The position numbers and the translations under genes are program-made. Positions 61,383 to 64,000 of a DNA stretch of 64,000 nt are shown piece by piece; position 1 is the first letter of the stretch; every line of letters starts with the position of its first letter. Below the pieces are notes generated by a model. The model saw nothing but the letters and a program-made list of their open reading frames with translations, did not search any database and had not been told where the DNA came from. This stretch comes from Octopus sinensis. Its lineage: Eukaryota. The stretch is taken from positions 37,944,001 through 38,008,000 of the forward strand of contig NC_043001.1 of NCBI RefSeq assembly GCF_006345805.1, in the 5' to 3' direction.

Positions 61383-62769
61383 TATTAGTGTTAGAAAAAT
61401 GATTTTGGTCAATTCTAAGAAAAGTGAGCAGGACCTCAGTATAATTTAGATTAATCAACTAATTAGAGCATAAGAGATATAGTGCAATTACAGACTGACA
61501 GGGAATGAGGCATTAAATCTACCAACTCAGTGTGATATGTGAATGGTTCCTTAGATTAAGTTCATTTATCTAGATGACCCAATTAATCCTTGCTAAGTAG
61601 ATAGCCTAAGGAGTAAAATTAGTAGTTTTCAATGACAGATATTCTTTTTATATATGAGAGAAAATGTTTCTTGTCACGTCTTGTTTACCATATCTTTGGG
61701 TTGCCCAAAGCCTTGTAAGTTAAATTTAGTAAATGGAAACTCTGAAAGTCAGCTGGTGGGACTATTCATGTTATTGGGTGGTAGACTGAACCATCACCTG
61801 GTTTCAATACCTCCACCTATTTCTTGGATGTTTAGTGGACTCCACTCTGGTGTAAGTATTTGAGCCTTTTGGCACCGTCTGAGAATAACTTTCTCCTGCC
61901 AGTAACAGAGATCCTGAGAAAGAGTATTGGTGCTACTTCTTCCTAACTAAATTATTTTAACAAATAAATACATAAAAAGAAGAACAAAAACTGACTGAGC
62001 AAGGTATGACAAAATTAGGCTTGATAAGGTGCTGGTCAAAGATAATAGCTAAAGCGAGACTGGACTTTGAGGAAATAAAGTTAACGATCATAGATAAAAT
62101 GCACATGAGGATAAGAATGACTATCTTGATGATATAATGTTGATATGATATCCAGAGGTTGATGTGTCTAATGAGAGAAAGAAACAAAGAATTTTAGATT
62201 TAAATATATATATTTTGTAATATCTAATACTTCTCAGTAGAATTCTTTCTAGGATGAAATTCTAATCCAAATGAGATTTTTTTTTTTTCTTTTTGGAATG
62301 GTCTGAAGTAGTGGTTCTTAACCTTAGAAGCAGTATTCCCTTCAAAGCATTGTGAGCTCACAAGAAAACAGTGTGTTGGGGAGATGCTTGATGTTTAGAA
62401 AGACTGAGATTTTTTATAGAAGATATTTAAACCAAGTACAATTTTTATATTGTAAACATATTTTTAAAATATGCTTTGTTGTGATTAGAATATGAATAGG
62501 ACATTGTATTATCAGTGACTAAGAATATGATTGATGATGTACTAAAGTCCAGCATAACTGGATTTCTTAAAGAATCTGTGACACTAGTCAGTGCAAATAT
62601 CTAAAATAAAGCACATGCTGAATAGGGTAGTATAAGAGCATATGGATAGTAGACCACTGCACAAAATTAGCTTTTGTTTATTTAAAATAATTTGCTTTTT
62701 TTTTTTTGTTTCTGAGAAACATGGGGGTGAGTGTCTGTAAATTGGGGTTACTAAGTTCAAAAGTTGAGA

Positions 62770-63860
62770 ATCAGTGATCTAGAACAAATGGCTGTGCCCA
62801 TAGCCTTTGTAGGCTCAATGAGATCAGTGAGAACAATACAGCTAATATTTGGCCTTAAGAGTTGAAAATCAGTACCTGTAGGGAAAAGTATGTAGAAAGT
62901 GATTGCCAAAGGGCTATTAATCTTGGACTAGGCAGCACTATCTCTAACAGATTGTGAGACTCAGGCAAGTTAGTGTACCAACTTGACCAGCACTGTCTGG
63001 CATTTTTCTGCTCTGCATCCAAGCCTCACAATGGAGCCTGACTCAATGTGGTGCCATCACTCATGATTGGCACTCAGCTTCCTAGTGACTGTTTGCACAT
63101 TAGCATTTCCCTGAGGCTTAGCCTCCAAATCTGTGAGCCTTGTGAATGCCACTGGATCCTTTCAGCCTCTATCCACAGTCATGCCATCATAGTACTGGTC
63201 ATCTCCTGTGTCATACTGCCCTTAAACGAGATCATAAAGCATGGCCTAGATACTATTGGCTTCCCTTTACAGCTTGAACCAGTGGGGCTAGACTGAAGGG
63301 GCAATAAAAGGCCTGATGGTATGACAATTTTCCCATTTTGTAGCAGTAGGCCTCTCATCTGGGATGTCTCATGCTGTGACACCTTCTCCAGTGGCAACTT
63401 AGTGCGTTCAACTACCACCCCTGGTTCCACTGCTCATCAGAAAAGCAAACTGTCAAGGTATCAGTTACTCTCTGTTGGGTTTATGATCAAGCTTGTAGCA
63501 GTGGAGGCCTCCAGTGTTCTTTACCCCAAGACCATATCCTTGCTCACTGCTATCAGGGCAGAGATGGCTATCTGCAAGTGTGAGCCCCATGAGTCAGAGT
63601 AGCTGTTCCAGCACATCTGCCTTACTATCCTCTGGAGCAACATTCTTTCTATTTTGTCTGCTTGGACTATGAGGTGCTCTGAATTACAGAAAATTGTAGT
63701 TTCCATTCTTTTAAGTTTCTCTGTATAAGTTGCTCTGTTGAATTCTCATTTCTGCAAAATAACTTGCCAGCCTGTTGTTAAAGTTCATATTTAAAACTTT
63801 GTTCCTCCTGTTCTTTTGATGATATCAGAAATGGAATTGATGAATAAGTTTGCTAACTTT
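62770..63860 (-). pseudogene. Very decayed L1/Tx1-like LINE (endonuclease to RT start)
   Basis: Faint motifs DLKIGL, EKVSQHE and TDFQLL..ISCIVLTDLIEPTKAMGTAICSRS; many stops. Confidence 0.4.
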
Positions 63861-64000
63861 TCTTCATAATCCAATCTTAAGGTCTTTCTGTAGAAATTTT
63901 CTTTTATTTTATTTACATTTGATTTTACATGCTAAATTGGATAGACTCTCTCTCTTTTACTCTTTTACTTGTTTCAGTCATTTGACTGCAGCCATGCTGG

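Overview
AT-rich, microsatellite- and transposon-dense animal genomic DNA. The SINE/RTE repertoire resembles a coleoid cephalopod such as Octopus (inference, not database-checked). One complete protein-coding gene is readable: NOSIP (nitric oxide synthase-interacting protein) on the minus strand. It has 9 coding exons (27898 down to 102; 882 nt = 293 aa + stop; all GT-AG, phases consistent), a probable 5' UTR exon ending at 34558, and an ETS/CCAAT promoter near 34.6 kb. A possible first exon of a second gene (+) lies near 57.55 kb. The rest is mostly decayed mobile DNA: RTE, CR1, R4/Dong-like and L1/Tx1-like LINE fragments, several SINE families, Tc1/mariner, hAT, Merlin, Helitrons, MITEs and tandem arrays. 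The most striking signal is six short asymmetric fold-back insertions from about four sequence families. Five are flanked by 12-14 bp target-site duplications and five carry hammerhead-ribozyme-like motifs, with three different 3-8 core pairs (C3-G8, G3-C8, putative U3-A8). One also has a tRNA-like B-box head. This fits non-autonomous, Penelope-mobilised, retrozyme-like elements, but ribozyme activity and the mobilising partner are inferred, not shown. Most ORF-track entries are spurious microsatellite or repeat read-throughs. Repeat coordinates without stated TSD/TIR boundaries are approximate.
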